DNA of 63,527 bases, the filler included, from Licmophora abbreviata (lineage: Eukaryota), in the NCBI GenBank assembly GCA_900291995.1. It is 10 parts of 10 records of this genome, joined end to end, with 100 filler letters (N's around TTAATTAATTAA, not from the genome) between each part and the next. Parts side by side here need not be neighbours in the genome. Positions count along the whole stretch, not along the records: positions 10,190 to 13,148 come from OLMU01004087.1; positions 13,249 to 18,138 come from OLMU01004089.1; positions 18,239 to 21,461 come from OLMU01004090.1; positions 21,562 to 23,964 come from OLMU01004091.1; positions 24,065 to 35,623 come from OLMU01004093.1; 5 more parts are not named here. One strand, written 5' to 3'. The notes below the pieces were generated by a model. It did not search any database and was not told the origin of the DNA. It was given only the letters and a program-made list of their open reading frames with translations. Below, one piece after another: positions 12,429-25,224 of the stretch (position 1 is the stretch's first letter; each line of letters begins with the position of its first letter). Position numbers and translations under genes: made by a program.

Positions 12429-13148
12429 TTAGTCGGCAACTTTACTAGATTCACGTATTTTTACCTTCTTTCCTTGCACAAACACTTGCTTGACATTCCG
12501 ATCATCTCCCAGCGTACATAGTTTCTGAAAGACATCAGCTCTCGAATCGGTACCAAACACGAGAACAGGCGAGTCCTTCACGGTTGCAGACAAAACGACG
12601 GCATCAAACTCCATTCCGATAGCCAACGTCCCTATTCGATGCTGCAAACCCAGAGCCTCGGCTCCTCCCAGCGTTGCCAAGTAAAAGGCATGTCGATAGT
12701 CAATGACGGGATCTTCACTTTCGTGAGCAGTAGGTCCAATCTTTTCCATCGGACTAGCATTCTTATCCCCCGCATTGAGTTCGTGACGATGATGTTCCAA
12801 TGACCGGGACGCCACGACTGCCATACGAGCCGCCACCATCATGGACGGACTGTACCCACCCGCCACATCCGTCCCCAATCCGACCTTATTGCCACGCCGC
12901 AGCAAATGTCGACATGGCATGCATCCACCGGCAAAGAAAAAGTTGGACAATGGACAATGCGCGGCCGCGGCACCCTTCTCTTTCATCAAGTCCATGTCCG
13001 AGGTCGTGAGATGAACGGCATGCGCCATAATACAGCGATTGGTCAAAAGTCCATGTGCATTGAAAATGACAGCGTCGGTCCTGGGTGGTCCATCGCCACT
13101 ACTGTTGTCCAATACATCGAGCTGACGACTGAATTCAACTTCATCGAG
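12429..13148 (-). CDS. GDA: Guanine deaminase (amidohydrolase), 5'-partial at gap
   Basis: MAHAVHL, AHCPLSN, VGLGTDVAGGYS, LATLGGAEALGL, GDDRNV..VFVQG. Confidence 0.85.
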   Translation of the reverse strand, partial: LDEVEFSRQLDVLDNSSGDGPPRTDAVIFNAHGLLTNRCIMAHAVHLTTSDMDLMKEKGAAAAHCPLSNFFFAGGCMPCRHLLRRGNKVGLGTDVAGGYSPSMMVAARMAVVASRSLEHHRHELNAGDKNASPMEKIGPTAHESEDPVIDYRHAFYLATLGGAEALGLQHRIGTLAIGMEFDAVVLSATVKDSPVLVFGTDSRADVFQKLCTLGDDRNVKQVFVQGKKVKIRESSKVAD

Positions 13149-13248
13149 NNNNNNNNNNNNNNNNNNNNNNNNNNNNNNNNNNNNNNNNNNNNTTAATTAA
13201 TTAANNNNNNNNNNNNNNNNNNNNNNNNNNNNNNNNNNNNNNNNNNNN

Positions 13249-15473
13249 CTGAGTCCATGTCCATGGATGCAGTCATTGTTACACCAAGAAACAACAATTC
13301 GAAGGAAAGAAAGAAACTTGCCAACGGTCCGGCAATGGCAAAGTCGAATAACGAATTGTAGTTCTTGGGTGGCGTCTTGAGTGGTGTGATGGCACCCGTG
13401 ACGCCAAGCTGTAAGGATGGGACCAAATTTGGAATCCCTATCTCAAACTGATGGAAATGACGTGAAATGAGTGTGCAGATATCAGATTTTGTTTCTGTCT
13501 AAAGAATCACGGGACGATCTCTGACCATGGACAAGTCAGCGACCACTTACCCCATCTTTCATTGCGACTAGGCGATGAGCCAATTCATGTACCAACTGAA
13601 TGCCCAGCAGCGTCCCCAGTGTCGGCACGAACATGTCTGTCAGCAACGAGACATCCACGTCAGTGCCCGTCTCTGCAGCAGCCTGTAGTCGGTCAAGAAC
13701 AGCTGTGTTCATGCCACATGCACCAAGCGCATACACAGCTGAGCTGAGCAAGCCGCCAAGGGAAACAAGCGCCTTGGTCTGTGGTCGACTCAGCTGGTAA
13801 AATTCAGCAGCCTCCACGGACGTCACTGCTAGAATAGGCGCCTCGTCCTGTCCCAGCTCCATGTCTTCCTCTGTCTGAGGGGTTGGGTCTGGCAAGAAGA
13901 AAAACTGCAACTGGCCACCCAGAGACGACTCGGCAAGTCGCTCTTGAAGACGTTCGACCAACAGATCGTTGGCACCGTCTCCTTCTATGCAACTCTCTCC
14001 TCGTAGGTAATATCCTCCCATGACACGTTCTGGCTTGCTTGTCATGACGAATGTGGTCTTGTCCAGAACCTCCGAACAAAAAGATTCGATCTCCTCTGGT
14101 GTTGGTCTGATTGCCTCCATCCTGGCAAAAGCGGGAATAAGTTCTTCGACATGTCTTGACCGATCAAGAAACTCAACATCACTGTATTCGGGTAGGTCTG
14201 GGATGCTGCTCACCTCCATTACAGGCTGAAACGGGATCGCAGGCCCCCATACTTCGTTACCATTTGTAAGTTCCTTTACCACCGTCTCCGCATCAGAGCC
14301 CGTCTTGAGTCCCAATTGCTGAGCGAAATGATCCCTTACATCCGGTGGGAGCGCGTTGTATCCTCGGACGGCGTCTTTGCGATACTCCTCCGTGATGGGC
14401 TTGATAGAGCGCACTTGATCCAACAGCTGCAGTTGCGTCTCGTAATGCTCAATCTGAATAGCGAGTCGGAGGCTGCCAGGTTCCTCTACTTCCTGACGTT
14501 TCTTGTACAACGACTGTAGCACGTTCGGTAGTTTTTGAATGGCCTCCACTCTCTTTTCGATATCTTCTTCTGTCATTTCTGGAATCTCCACATACACACT
14601 GTCACTGTACATGAACGGTCCGTCGTTGTCCAACGCCTTCTCCAATTGATCAATTTCCCGCTTCAACTGATCCTTCTCTTTCGAACTATTCGAGTCTAAA
14701 TATTGTGATTTCAAAGAAGCAACCCGCTGCAAGTCTGCCATGGGCTCGACAAGCAGACTTTGAATCTTGTCGCGAAAATGATCTTGCAGCTCGGGTGCCG
14801 TGCGAAAGGCTTCCAGCTTTTCCGACGGAGTCGCAGTCGTGAGCACTCGTTCGATCTTCTCAGCGACAGGTATGTAGAGTTCGAGATCCTCTGGCGAGAA
14901 TCCCTCCAAGTATTCCTTGTCCTTGTCCATGCGTTCGGAGTCCACCGACGAGGAACGCGCCGATGAAATAGTACTGCTTGCCGGCGACAAGCTGGACAAA
15001 GCAGTGGTGGTGGCGGACGCCGGGGTATCGCTCTTCGTACTTTGTGTCGTATCGCCCGACACCACCCTGCGCGGTGGTTTCCCCTGCAGTCGATTGTTTA
15101 AATCGCTTAACTGTTGACGGAGCTTAGCTTCTTCGTCGGGATGTCGCTCGAGCCACTGCGGATCTGTCAGTTTGCGCTCGATGTTTTGAATTTTGTCGAG
15201 CGACAGGGAAACGTCCATTTTTTCGGCTTCCAATCGCATTTGTTCAGCCTGAGCTCGTAACGAAGCAGCCTCTTGCTGAGGCGATGTAGTTGACGACGAC
15301 GCAGTAGATGTCGTACTCTCGGTTGTGCTGCCGCTCGTTTCTTGCCATACACGTAACTTTGATGGTGTCATCGCCGGGCGCGACCGGATCAAGGAGGGGG
15401 GAGCGAACGCCGTGCTTGTTGAGCCCTCCCAAGCAAGCAGCGACACGGTGTAGCACGAGATTGTTCGCTTCAT
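13249..15473 (-). CDS. EGY-like M50 intramembrane metalloprotease, plastid-targeted, 3'-partial
   Basis: TAFAPP leader, GGYYLRG, HELAH, intron 13448-13550, then LFDFAIAGPLA. Confidence 0.85.
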
Positions 15474-15795
15474 CGTGGTCCGAGCTGTTCAATGAATCGG
15501 AGCAATCCAATGAATGAGATGGATCGTCCACAGGCCGACAATGCCAGCAACAGCAGCATTTGCATCACCACACACAAAGTTGAAGTCGAATGTCGAATTT
15601 TGAATTTTGAGATTGGAAAGATCGGGCGAATCTCGGGAGTTTTCGGAGCTCGAAGCTCGGAGTCACACACCGATCAACCCAAAACAGAAAAAAACAGGGC
15701 AATTGCCCACAATCCCACACTACGGAGTACATGATACCGTAACATGCGATAGCTCTATCCACCCCCTACTACGTTTTAATGACAAAGCTGAAAGG

Positions 15796-17939
15796 CTAGC
15801 TCATGGGAGTGAGTGCCAGGATTGCAACGAACCACAAGCCAAAGGCCGCAACGCTGCGGACCAAGTCGATCGATTCTGTTTCATCTCGGCATGGCACTTC
15901 CATGTCGTTCTGGGCAATATTGTTGACGACCCACGCCCCCAATAAGAGGTCGTGCTGATCCAAAAATAGCGTGCTACACAAGAGCAGGAACCACGTCGCG
16001 CCACCGACCACCGAATGTCCGGGGCGACCAAAGAGTGCCAGCGAGATGCGGCCGCCGTCGGTGCCTGAAAATGAACAAGCAGAAAATGTAGTAGTCAGTT
16101 GAATGGACGAATCAAGTTTTTCGACAACCCACTTTAATATTCATCACCGCACTACTCACTGCCAAGGGGTAGCATTTCCAGAGCACTAATCATAAGACCG
16201 CAAAAGCCAGCAATGGCAAACGGATGAAGTGGAACAGTTGCACTGGCGCTTTGCAGAGTCACCATCCCTGAGCCACCATATGCTGCATCTACAATGGAAC
16301 CACCCAGCGTACTCAACTGCAATACACTGACAGGTAATGAAGGAAAGTACTGAGCGATAGAAGCATCCGCAACGAGTGTTTCTTGTAGCCCAAGCAGCAG
16401 AAAGGCGATCGATGCGAGAAAGCCCAGAAACGGACCCAAAAAGGCGAAATCAAACAAGGAAGTCAGGTTCTTGGGCGAGGTCTTGATCTGTGTTTGGGCC
16501 CCCATGAATGGAAGAATCCAGAAAGGCAGCAGCGTTGGTACTGACATCTTTATCTACGCGACCATGCGTGTAAATGGTGAGTAGCGCTCGTGAGACGAGC
16601 CAGTATTTTTTTTGTCAGCAACTCTGTCCCACACCAGACATACCTGATCTCTTCGTGCAATCAAAAAGTGCCCAAGCTCATGAGCTCCTTGAATAGCGAT
16701 AAAGGGAAGCAGCAATTCCGCCAAGAGCCCATTAAACCACTCCACTCCACCGTATTCTCCAACCGCCGCGGAGTCTTGTAACTGCTGTGCCACGAACTCA
16801 TTGGCGCCAAAACAACCGACTCCAAACAAGAGCGCCGTTGCCATGGCCGACGCCGTGCAAATCGCTAGCAGCGCTTGATTTGTAGTAGGGGAAAAGTCAC
16901 TCTTCAGCAAGACCAATATCGGTTCCGCATTGATGCCTCCCGCACTCTCTTCGGTAAAGTCAGGCATCAAGGACACTTGCGCAGACCATTGCGTGGGGAG
17001 CTTCGAATCGAGCGCCTCGATGAGCTCCTCTCCATTGGGTTTCGCGTTTCGACCCCGCATGATGTACCCGCCTGGAATAGGCTCTGGTTTTCCTTGCAGG
17101 ACAAACGTAGAAGAGTCAAGGGAATCTATTAAAACCTTCAACTCCTCCTCGGTGACTGAGATGTCTTCCTTTCTGGTGACACGGCCAAGGTGCTGTTTGA
17201 CGTAGTTTTCTCGTCGCACTTCGTCTTGCGACTTGCCGTCGAGAAGCTGCGTGACGAGGGCTTGCGCGTCCTCCTGTGGCAACGAGCGAGAATCCGAGGA
17301 CGAAATGACAAAGGAGGTTTGATCTCGATTCTCCAAGCTTGCCTTGACCGCCTTGAGCGAGTCCTGTAGACGCTTTGGCGTCAAAGTGATCCGTTCCTCG
17401 TAGAGCCGACTGACAATTTCAGGCGTACGAGTCCAGTCGCTTACTGCTTCGGGTACCTCCAGTGCCTCACACAACGCTGCTCGCATCGCATACGGCAATC
17501 TCACGAAGAAAATGATTGCTGCTTCATACTCCTCCATGCTAAGTCCCTTGGGAGGCAAGATGAGTTCGGCAGAGAGTCGCTTCACGTTCTCTTCCATGTT
17601 GACAAGTTCAAATGCCACACTGGAGAGGGATGCCTCGTCACTACTTTTGGTTTTGATTGTTTCTTCCAAGACGTCCATACGCTCCAAAGCCGCCAGCGCC
17701 TCATCTCGCTGTGTCTCCAAAGCTTCGCGATTGTTGTGTTGTTTTTGAGAGAACAAGACAGATGCTGGTCGACATGACAAGGACGAAACATCGTCCTGCG
17801 CCTGCGAATTACGACGGTTTGCTTTTATTCCTTTCCGAAGAGGCACTGGAGAAGAAACAATCTGGAACGCCGCATGGATGTCGCTTGGAAGAAGCGTTGC
17901 AAGGATGAATAGCAGCTTTGAAAGTCGTATCTTTGCCAT
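15796..17939 (-). CDS. Second EGY-like M50 metalloprotease, 3 exons
   Basis: AAF leader, GGYIMRG, HELGH, LFDFAFLGP, LHPFAIAG, LPLGSTDGGR. Introns 16554-16643 and 16065-16159. Confidence 0.85.
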
Positions 17940-18004
17940 GGTTAGTACAGCCGCGTGGTGTGTCTTGAGAGTGACGCCGCGAAGAAGACTGCGTGTGTGT
18001 GGAA

Positions 18005-18646
18005 CAGGGGTACATGAATATGGGGTGTCGCACGGTCGTAGCGCGCTGTTACCATCCGTGGCAACTTTTCTCTAAGTAGCCTTGACGAGAGAACACCGAA
18101 GATAAATATACTACAACATTTAAGATTTAAGATCGCCTNNNNNNNNNNNNNNNNNNNNNNNNNNNNNNNNNNNNNNNNNNNNTTAATTAATTAANNNNNN
18201 NNNNNNNNNNNNNNNNNNNNNNNNNNNNNNNNNNNNNNAGCAGGCGTGTCGTGAGGTTTCATCGGTCATCCCTCCTGAAGCACTTCGAAAGAAACAAGAA
18301 ATCGCCCTCTTTAGAAAAAGAAAGAGAATTCCTCAAATAGATTCGTGTTTCTAAGGCTTTCAGACGATGTTGGTGGCGCGGCTTTGGGCAGAGAGGATTG
18401 GAATCGTCGTAGAAGCGACGATAATGGGTGGCAGCAAAGAGGATCACGTGCATGTACGCGTTGTGACCTGAGAGCCTTGTGGTCCGAAATCTCAAAACTC
18501 GATCGTCACGCGTTTTTCCTGTAGAACCTCGTACCTCTCAGTATGTCACAAGCCGGGCCGTGTTGCCACGGATGGTAACAGAACACCGACGTAGCTTAGT
18601 ACTGGGCCGGCTAGCTCGTGCGACACCCCATATTCATGTACCCCTG
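18005..18646. mobile_element. hAT-like class II DNA transposon/MITE (interior partly in an assembly gap)
   Basis: Perfect 30-bp TIRs (18005-18034 / 18617-18646, starting CAGGGG), 20-bp subterminal inverted repeat (18046-18065 / 18562-18581), and 8-bp direct repeat GTGTGGAA at 17997-18004 and 18647-18654. Confidence 0.88.
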
Positions 18647-18892
18647 GTGTGGAAGAAAAGAAGAGGTGCGTGGTGACAGACGGACAGGCGCGGCGGATCC
18701 AAATTTGAGATGCCATCTCACTCGCGGGTACACTCCGCGTTGGGTCACGCCAAAAAAGGGCGGGAAAAAAAGGGAGCGTTTGTGATCCACTCTCTGTTGA
18801 CTCAACACACACTCTCAATCAATCACTCAGCGGCGCATTGTTTTCAACGGAGAACGACAGAGACATCATAACTACAAGACAAATTTCGAATC

Positions 18893-20576
18893 ATGATATC
18901 CAAAGCAGTTGCGACTTTACTACCGTTCCTTCTCGGGACCGTCCGCGCCCAGACTGAATTTTTGGACCTGCCAGAACTGTCTTGGATACAGCCCTTTGCA
19001 GCTTTGGGCCCTGGAAACGCCGTGACCGCTTCGCCCGATGGGGCCTATGTGTATGCGACGTCGGAGGATGGTCAACTTCAAGTATTCGAAGCTTCCCTGG
19101 GCGACCCGTTGCTGGATCCTCCGTACTCTCCACCTGTGAATGGAGGCCTATCGCTCGGGTCGACGAGCGGAGTGGCGTTCGGGAGTGACTTCCTCGTCTA
19201 CGCGGTCACCGATGGAGTAGTAGGCATGGACGCTGTCATGTGGTACGTTTCAAAGAGTACAACGTGGTGCAAAGCCGTGCCTATCAGTCTTGCGTGCCTC
19301 ACCAAAATTTACTTTTCGATTACCCGCTCGCTCGCTAACGCTCATTCACCACAGTCGAGTTGCCGCTCTCAGCTTCTCCGGAGCCGAACTCTTTGTCTCG
19401 GAGGCCATGGTCGGTGCATGCTCTGGCGACCCCATTGTTTCGTCAGACGATGCCTACATCTTTATCAACACGAACACTGGACTCGAAGGAACTTTCAATA
19501 TTCTAAGTGTCGCTGGCGATGGGTCCAGTTTCTATCGCGAATCACCGCTGACCCCCCTGGACGTCATCACCAATACCACCTCCCGCCCATTTGGACCACT
19601 GGGCATTTACCGCTCGCCTACCACGGGCGCGTATGCGAATGGGACTGGAAATACCAACGACATGCTGGTCTGGTCGAACAGTCTGGCTCCAGAAGAAACT
19701 GTCGTCTGCTGCAGTGCCACGTGGGCCTTTCAGTTCCCGATCGACGACGCCACCTCCCCTCAAGTGCAGCTCCTCCTTCCCAACGATGGAGTCGCGGGGG
19801 CGCCTGGATGGCTGTCCAACGCGGCGCCGGTCCTCTACAACAGTGGTCTCAGCGTCGTCCTGACGGTGTCGCGGAGTGACTTTCGAAGTTGGAATGGCAA
19901 TGGACAGGCTAGGTTCTTTTTTGACCATCGTCCGACGAGCCGCAACTCGCTATCATACGAAAAGGGATCCGTGCGGGCATTCGGATCCACGGTCTCTCCT
20001 GGTTTGAGCAGTGACCCAGTCGAGCCTCAGATTTATGGCGCGACTGCCGGCAATCAGTTGATCAGCATGAACTTTGACCTGAGTCCACTGTGGGAGTTTG
20101 CTCTTTCTTCGCCGGTTTCCTCGGTCCCAAAGGTGACACCCGACGATTCTCGTGTCTTCTTTTGCGAAGAGGCGGGCTTCATGTTCTCATTGGCCTCGGA
20201 CGGTACAAGGAACTGGCAAGTTCCTCTTGGAGCCACTTCGTTTTCCGACATTGACCTCAGTGCCGACGGTAGCACCTTGTATTATGGGAATAGCAACGGG
20301 GATGTTGTGGCATGGACGGTTGCCGGAGTACCCCAGACGGAAGTACCAAGCAAAGCACCCACGGCACCGACTGAGGCTCCGTCAGTAACTCCATCGGTGA
20401 TGGGGGCCCCTTCGGCTGCGCCTGTCATTCCTACGGATCCGCCAACCGCGCCGCCGATCACTCCACCGACCGAACCACCGTCGCCTCCTACATCGGGAGC
20501 ATCCTACGGCGTAGTGACGATGTCAGTGGTGACAATCGCTCTGTGTGCTACCATGACCGCATACTTTTCCGTCTAA
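18893..20576 (+). CDS. Surface beta-propeller (PQQ/BamB-like) protein with Pro/Thr stalk and GPI signal, array copy 1
   Basis: Signal peptide, SPDG/SADG blade repeats, intron 19243-19354, PT-rich stalk, PTSGA followed by hydrophobic C-terminus. Confidence 0.8.
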
Positions 20577-21182
20577 GTGTTCTCATGGAACGAAGGGGGC
20601 AAGGGAGAGAAGAGCTATGATCTTTGCTCGGCAGTTTGGATAGAAACTATCGATTGTTTGGACTGTTTCCTGCTCACTTTGAGAGCTAGAGGAGAAATGC
20701 AGCTGACGGGGACAGGGATAGGGGCTTGCGGCGGCGGCTGCTACATGGAAAATTCGTTAATGAATCTAGGCATATTGCGCGTCACCCCCTTTCGCTGGAG
20801 GTGCGAGATGAAATAGCCCACATGCAGCTACTGCCTAGCAAATGCGACAGTTGTCAGAATGTGCTTTTGTACAAATTAGCACCCCCTGCACACCCGCTCT
20901 ATAGCTTTTCAGTATTTGGTATATAGTACAGCATGGCGGACAAATTCAAACGACACCTTTAAAGTATCACGTCAGATGCCGGTCAGCTAGCATATGTGGA
21001 ATATTTCCTAAAGGCTGTATATGTTAACGATGCCTTCCGTTGAGTCGAGTCAGACTCTCGCAACGCTCATGCTCATCACAAAGAAAGAGGGAAGGGAAGA
21101 ACCAACTCAACAAAATTGGAACGGCCCTGTGTGTCGCCTTTGTCAGTGGATACCGCATAGTACCTGCCTGTCCCGCTGAATC

Positions 21183-22034
21183 ATGTTCTCGAAAGCGTTA
21201 CTCATTCTTGCCCTCGCTGGTGCCGCCAAGGCCCAGCCGATGCTTGAATATCTTCCGCAGCCTATCGAGGCATGGACGGTTGTTACTACTACAATGCGAG
21301 AGGGAAATGCTGTGAGGGCATCGCCGGATGGATCCATTCTGTATGCGACGACGGCCGGTGGAACTGTTTTGGTCACTGACGGGGAAGGCGGTTTTGTCAC
21401 TGGACCCGATCCAATGGACGGTCTGGATCGCGGATCGGCCAGCGGCGTTTCGTTTGGAACTNNNNNNNNNNNNNNNNNNNNNNNNNNNNNNNNNNNNNNN
21501 NNNNNTTAATTAATTAANNNNNNNNNNNNNNNNNNNNNNNNNNNNNNNNNNNNNNNNNNNNGCCCTGTTGTGACACAACCCAAGGTGTCCCCCGACGATG
21601 CCTACGTGTTCTTTGCCGAGCGTACAGGCGTCATGTACGCCGTGGACTCGGACGGCAACAATCTCTGGACCGTCCCCGTTGGAACCGAGATCTTGGCCGA
21701 TATCGACCTCAGTCCTGACGGAACCACATTGTACTGCGGAGATATTCTAGGCAGTCTCACGGCGTGGACTGTCGCTACACTTCCTTCGATGATGCCGTCG
21801 ACGCCACCAAGTAAGGTCCCCACTCCACCTACAGAGGCCCCAACCTTTGTCCCCACGACTTCATTTGCGCCTTCTGTTGCCCCAGTGGCGGCGACGCCAG
21901 CTCCTGTCGCACCGGTGACACCTGTCGCGACCCCGACGGATGCGCCTGTCGCACCTCCACCAACGTCAGGAGCCTACGCCATGTCTGTATTTTCCGTCAT
22001 CATTGGTAGTATTGCTGCCGTGTGGTTCATCTAG
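21183..22034 (+). CDS. Array copy 2 (middle lost in gap 21462-21561)
   Basis: Same N-terminus (GNAV.ASPDG) and C-terminus (DIDLSPDG, PT stalk, PTSGA-hydrophobic tail) as copy 1. Confidence 0.78.
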
Positions 22035-22204
22035 ATTGGGCTGCAGATTGAGTTTGAGCTGATTATATGCGTAAGTTGTGGTGGTGGTCGATGAGAGCGG
22101 GCCAACGGCATTACCCCGAGGATGAGCAAGGTTTCTGCACATGGGCAAATAGTTAAGCTGATTGTAGAATCAAGGACAAACGAATGTAGCGCTGTCGTAG
22201 GTGC

Positions 22205-22550
22205 TGACGGGCGGAGTGAGGTTGGAAATGACTTACTCTTCCATGCCGTGACCAATGGAGTAGTAGGTATGAACGACGTCATGTGGCAAGTTTTCAATTT
22301 GTGCCATTTTGGAGCAGTACCAGCCATTTATAATCGTGCGTGCCTTACAATCGTACCGTTCGCTCACTTACTCGCTCTGCTACCTGATCTGCTGACCACG
22401 CTGCTGCCGTCACGTTCTACACGGGGAGCATCCTAAAACGAAATTTTGGTGGCGACAATACATTTGGGTGCTAGCTACTGTGGTTTCATGCTTTTCCGCT
22501 TACTCGTTATCATAGAATGAAGGGATCACGGGATAGGATGTGATCGTTGC
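22205..22550 (+). pseudogene. Decayed, internally deleted relic of array copy 1
   Basis: 22205-22290 aligns to the end of copy-1 exon 1 (19160-19250; donor GT changed to GC). About 22410-22550 aligns to the copy-1 C-terminus/3'UTR (GGGAGCATCCTA). In-frame stop present. Confidence 0.7.
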
Positions 22551-23445
22551 TTGAAAGGGGTTTTTTCAGCTTGAATAGAGACTGTCGGATCTCAGAATTA
22601 TCCCTGGCTGGGACGTTACCTCTTTCGCTCGAGACTATTGTATGGCGAGCTGGAGAAGAAGAGTACCTGTACATAATTTTTACACGCGGCGCGCCCTACT
22701 ACCCCGAACTTAAGAAATTGACTAGCAACCAGCCAAGCGCTCGTAAACAAACAAACAACTAACCTATTGCAACAAACAGCATGACAGTAATAATGACTCA
22801 GTGATTAGTAGCTTCGCTACTGCCTACAGTCTAGAGAATATGCAAGCGAATGGCTGTAGAGATGCTAGTATGGCAGGGCGGACGACTGGAAACTACTGCG
22901 TGCTTCATTTTTTATTCAAGTGAATGGTATGATGCATCATACCTCTCGCCGTTTCTTTGCCGACGCACAAAACATCAGTGCTACTGCGTACTTTAGAAGA
23001 CTTGTAGCTAGCTAGACTCTAAAGTAGTGTAGGAAAAAGATCTTCTAATCTTACATCTTGCAGGTCTAACTGTATTTTCTACTTTTTTGAAAATCTAGGT
23101 CGTGGTAGAGATCGTGTGAAATACCGACGAAGAAGTGTGACGTCGGCCTGTTTGTCCGACGGTTCTCCGGCAGGATCTGATACTTAGTTGGACGTTGGAA
23201 TGAGTGACGGTGATACGGAGAAGCGCTCAACGCATTTAAGACCACGCTCATGGCTTGTTAATAGATAGAAGTATACACATGGTAGCGATTGTACATGCAT
23301 CTATTCAATACTGTCAATACCGTGAAGCTCAACGGTCGAGTCTCCAAACTCTCAAAAAGCAAAAAGTCAAACCCGAATCTATCCTCATCGCCATAAAATC
23401 TTTGGAACGGCCCACAGTCACAGTGAATACCTCTCCTGTTGAACC

Positions 23446-24535
23446 ATGTTGTGGAAAGCGTTGACCCTTCTTGCCTTCGCTGGTGCCTCCAAGGCCCAGC
23501 CGATGTTTGAGTATCTCCCGCAGCCTATGGAGGCATGGTCGGTTCCTTTCTCCCCGATGGGTGACGGTAACGCTGTCACGGCATCGCCGGATGGTTCCAG
23601 TGTGTATGCGACGGCGGCCGATGGCAGTCTTTTGGTCATCAGTTCTGCAGGGGAAGCAGGCGAGATCTACACGCCCCCATCGAATGCGGGCCTGGGTCTC
23701 GGATCGACCAGTGGCGTTTCGTTTGGAACTGACTTTGTCGTGTATGCCGTGACCGACGGACTTTCTACCGTGACTGAATTCTGGTAAGTTTCATTCTACC
23801 AAGAGCACGGAATCTTTTCAACAGCGAGCAACTCAACGACTTTTACAAACTTATATCTTGTTACAGCCGCATTGCTGCTACAACATTGGCCGGTGCCGAA
23901 CTGTGGGTCTCGCCACCTATGGAAGGAGCATGCGTTGGAGACCCCAAGGTTTCTTCTGATGATGNNNNNNNNNNNNNNNNNNNNNNNNNNNNNNNNNNNN
24001 NNNNNNNNTTAATTAATTAANNNNNNNNNNNNNNNNNNNNNNNNNNNNNNNNNNNNNNNNNNNNGCAGGCGTCATGTACGCCGTCAGTTCGGACGGAACC
24101 GAACTCTGGAACGCCCCTCTCGGAACCGAGATCTTGTCTGACATCGACCTCAGTCCTGACGGAACCACATTGTACTACGGTACCTTTGCTGGCAATGTCA
24201 CGGCGTGGACTGTCGCTGCAGTCCCTTCCACGGATGCGCCGTCCGATCTTCCTTCGATGATGCCGTCGATGGCTCCAAGCAAGGTCCCCACTCCAGCCAC
24301 GGAGGCCCCAACCTTTGTCCCCACGACTTCGTTTGCGCCTTCTGTTGCCCCAGTGGCGACGACGCCAGCTCCTGTCGCACCGGTGTCACCTGTCGCGACG
24401 CCGACGGATGCGCCTGCCGCACCTGTCGCGACGCCGACTGATGCGCCTGTAGAGCCTCCTCCAACGTCAGGAGCTTACGCCATGTCGGTCTTTTCCGTCA
24501 TTATTGGGAGTATCGCTGCCGTGTGGTTTGTCTAG
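23446..24535 (+). CDS. Array copy 3 (middle lost in gap 23965-24064), close paralog of copy 2
   Basis: Intron 23784-23866 at the conserved site. C-terminus and 3'UTR nearly identical to copy 2. Confidence 0.8.
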
Positions 24536-25224
24536 ATTGGGTAGCAGACTGGGTTTTGAGTTGATTACATGTTATTTGAGGTGGTTGCTGAGAAGGACAA
24601 AGTGCCAACGGCAGTACCCCGAGGATGGGCAAGGTTTTTACATTTTGGCAAGATGGTTAAGCTGATAGTAGAATCCAAGACTATTCTCTTTTGAATGACC
24701 TTAGATAGGGCGAGTTGCTGCACTAGACGATCGGTGTCGACCGTGTTTTGATGTCGTCTACAACCTATGAAGCGGCCACAAGACAACAAGACATCAATCA
24801 ACGCCGCGCGCAGGCACGGGCGGAAGACGCGCGGTTCAGTTCGATGTTTCTCGCCGCCGTTTCAGACCATGATGACAACATGACGAAACATCGCCGATGA
24901 GGTGAACACGACGACCCTTGTTGCCCACGACGTCTCGATGAGAACGAAGAATTCGAATGCTTCATATCATATGCATCGTCTGAGTATCCCTTCATCGGTG
25001 AACCACGACGAAAAGTTCTGCATCTTCGTATATGCCGCAACGAAGGACTGCTCGACTCACGGAGTAGTCGTCACCGCCGTGTCGATCCACGATGTGCATC
25101 ACCTCGGCTCGACGTTCCTTCTTCATCGTGGGAACCCCCATCGTGACCCACACGCTGAACGTCTTCGACCTCATGCTCATACTTTGGTACAGAGCAAGAT
25201 TTGCTCCGTAGATCCATTCTGACG

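Noticed and set aside
18562..18581. GTTGCCA..TGGTAAC as an RFX X-box shared by divergent promoters
   Set aside because: Spacer too long for an X-box; better explained as a transposon subterminal repeat given the TIRs and TSD.
21183..24535. Copies 2 and 3 as mis-assembled alleles of one gene
   Set aside because: N-termini, upstream regions and stalks differ far more than the haplotype differences seen at gaps, and contiguous sequence joins copy 2 to copy 3.
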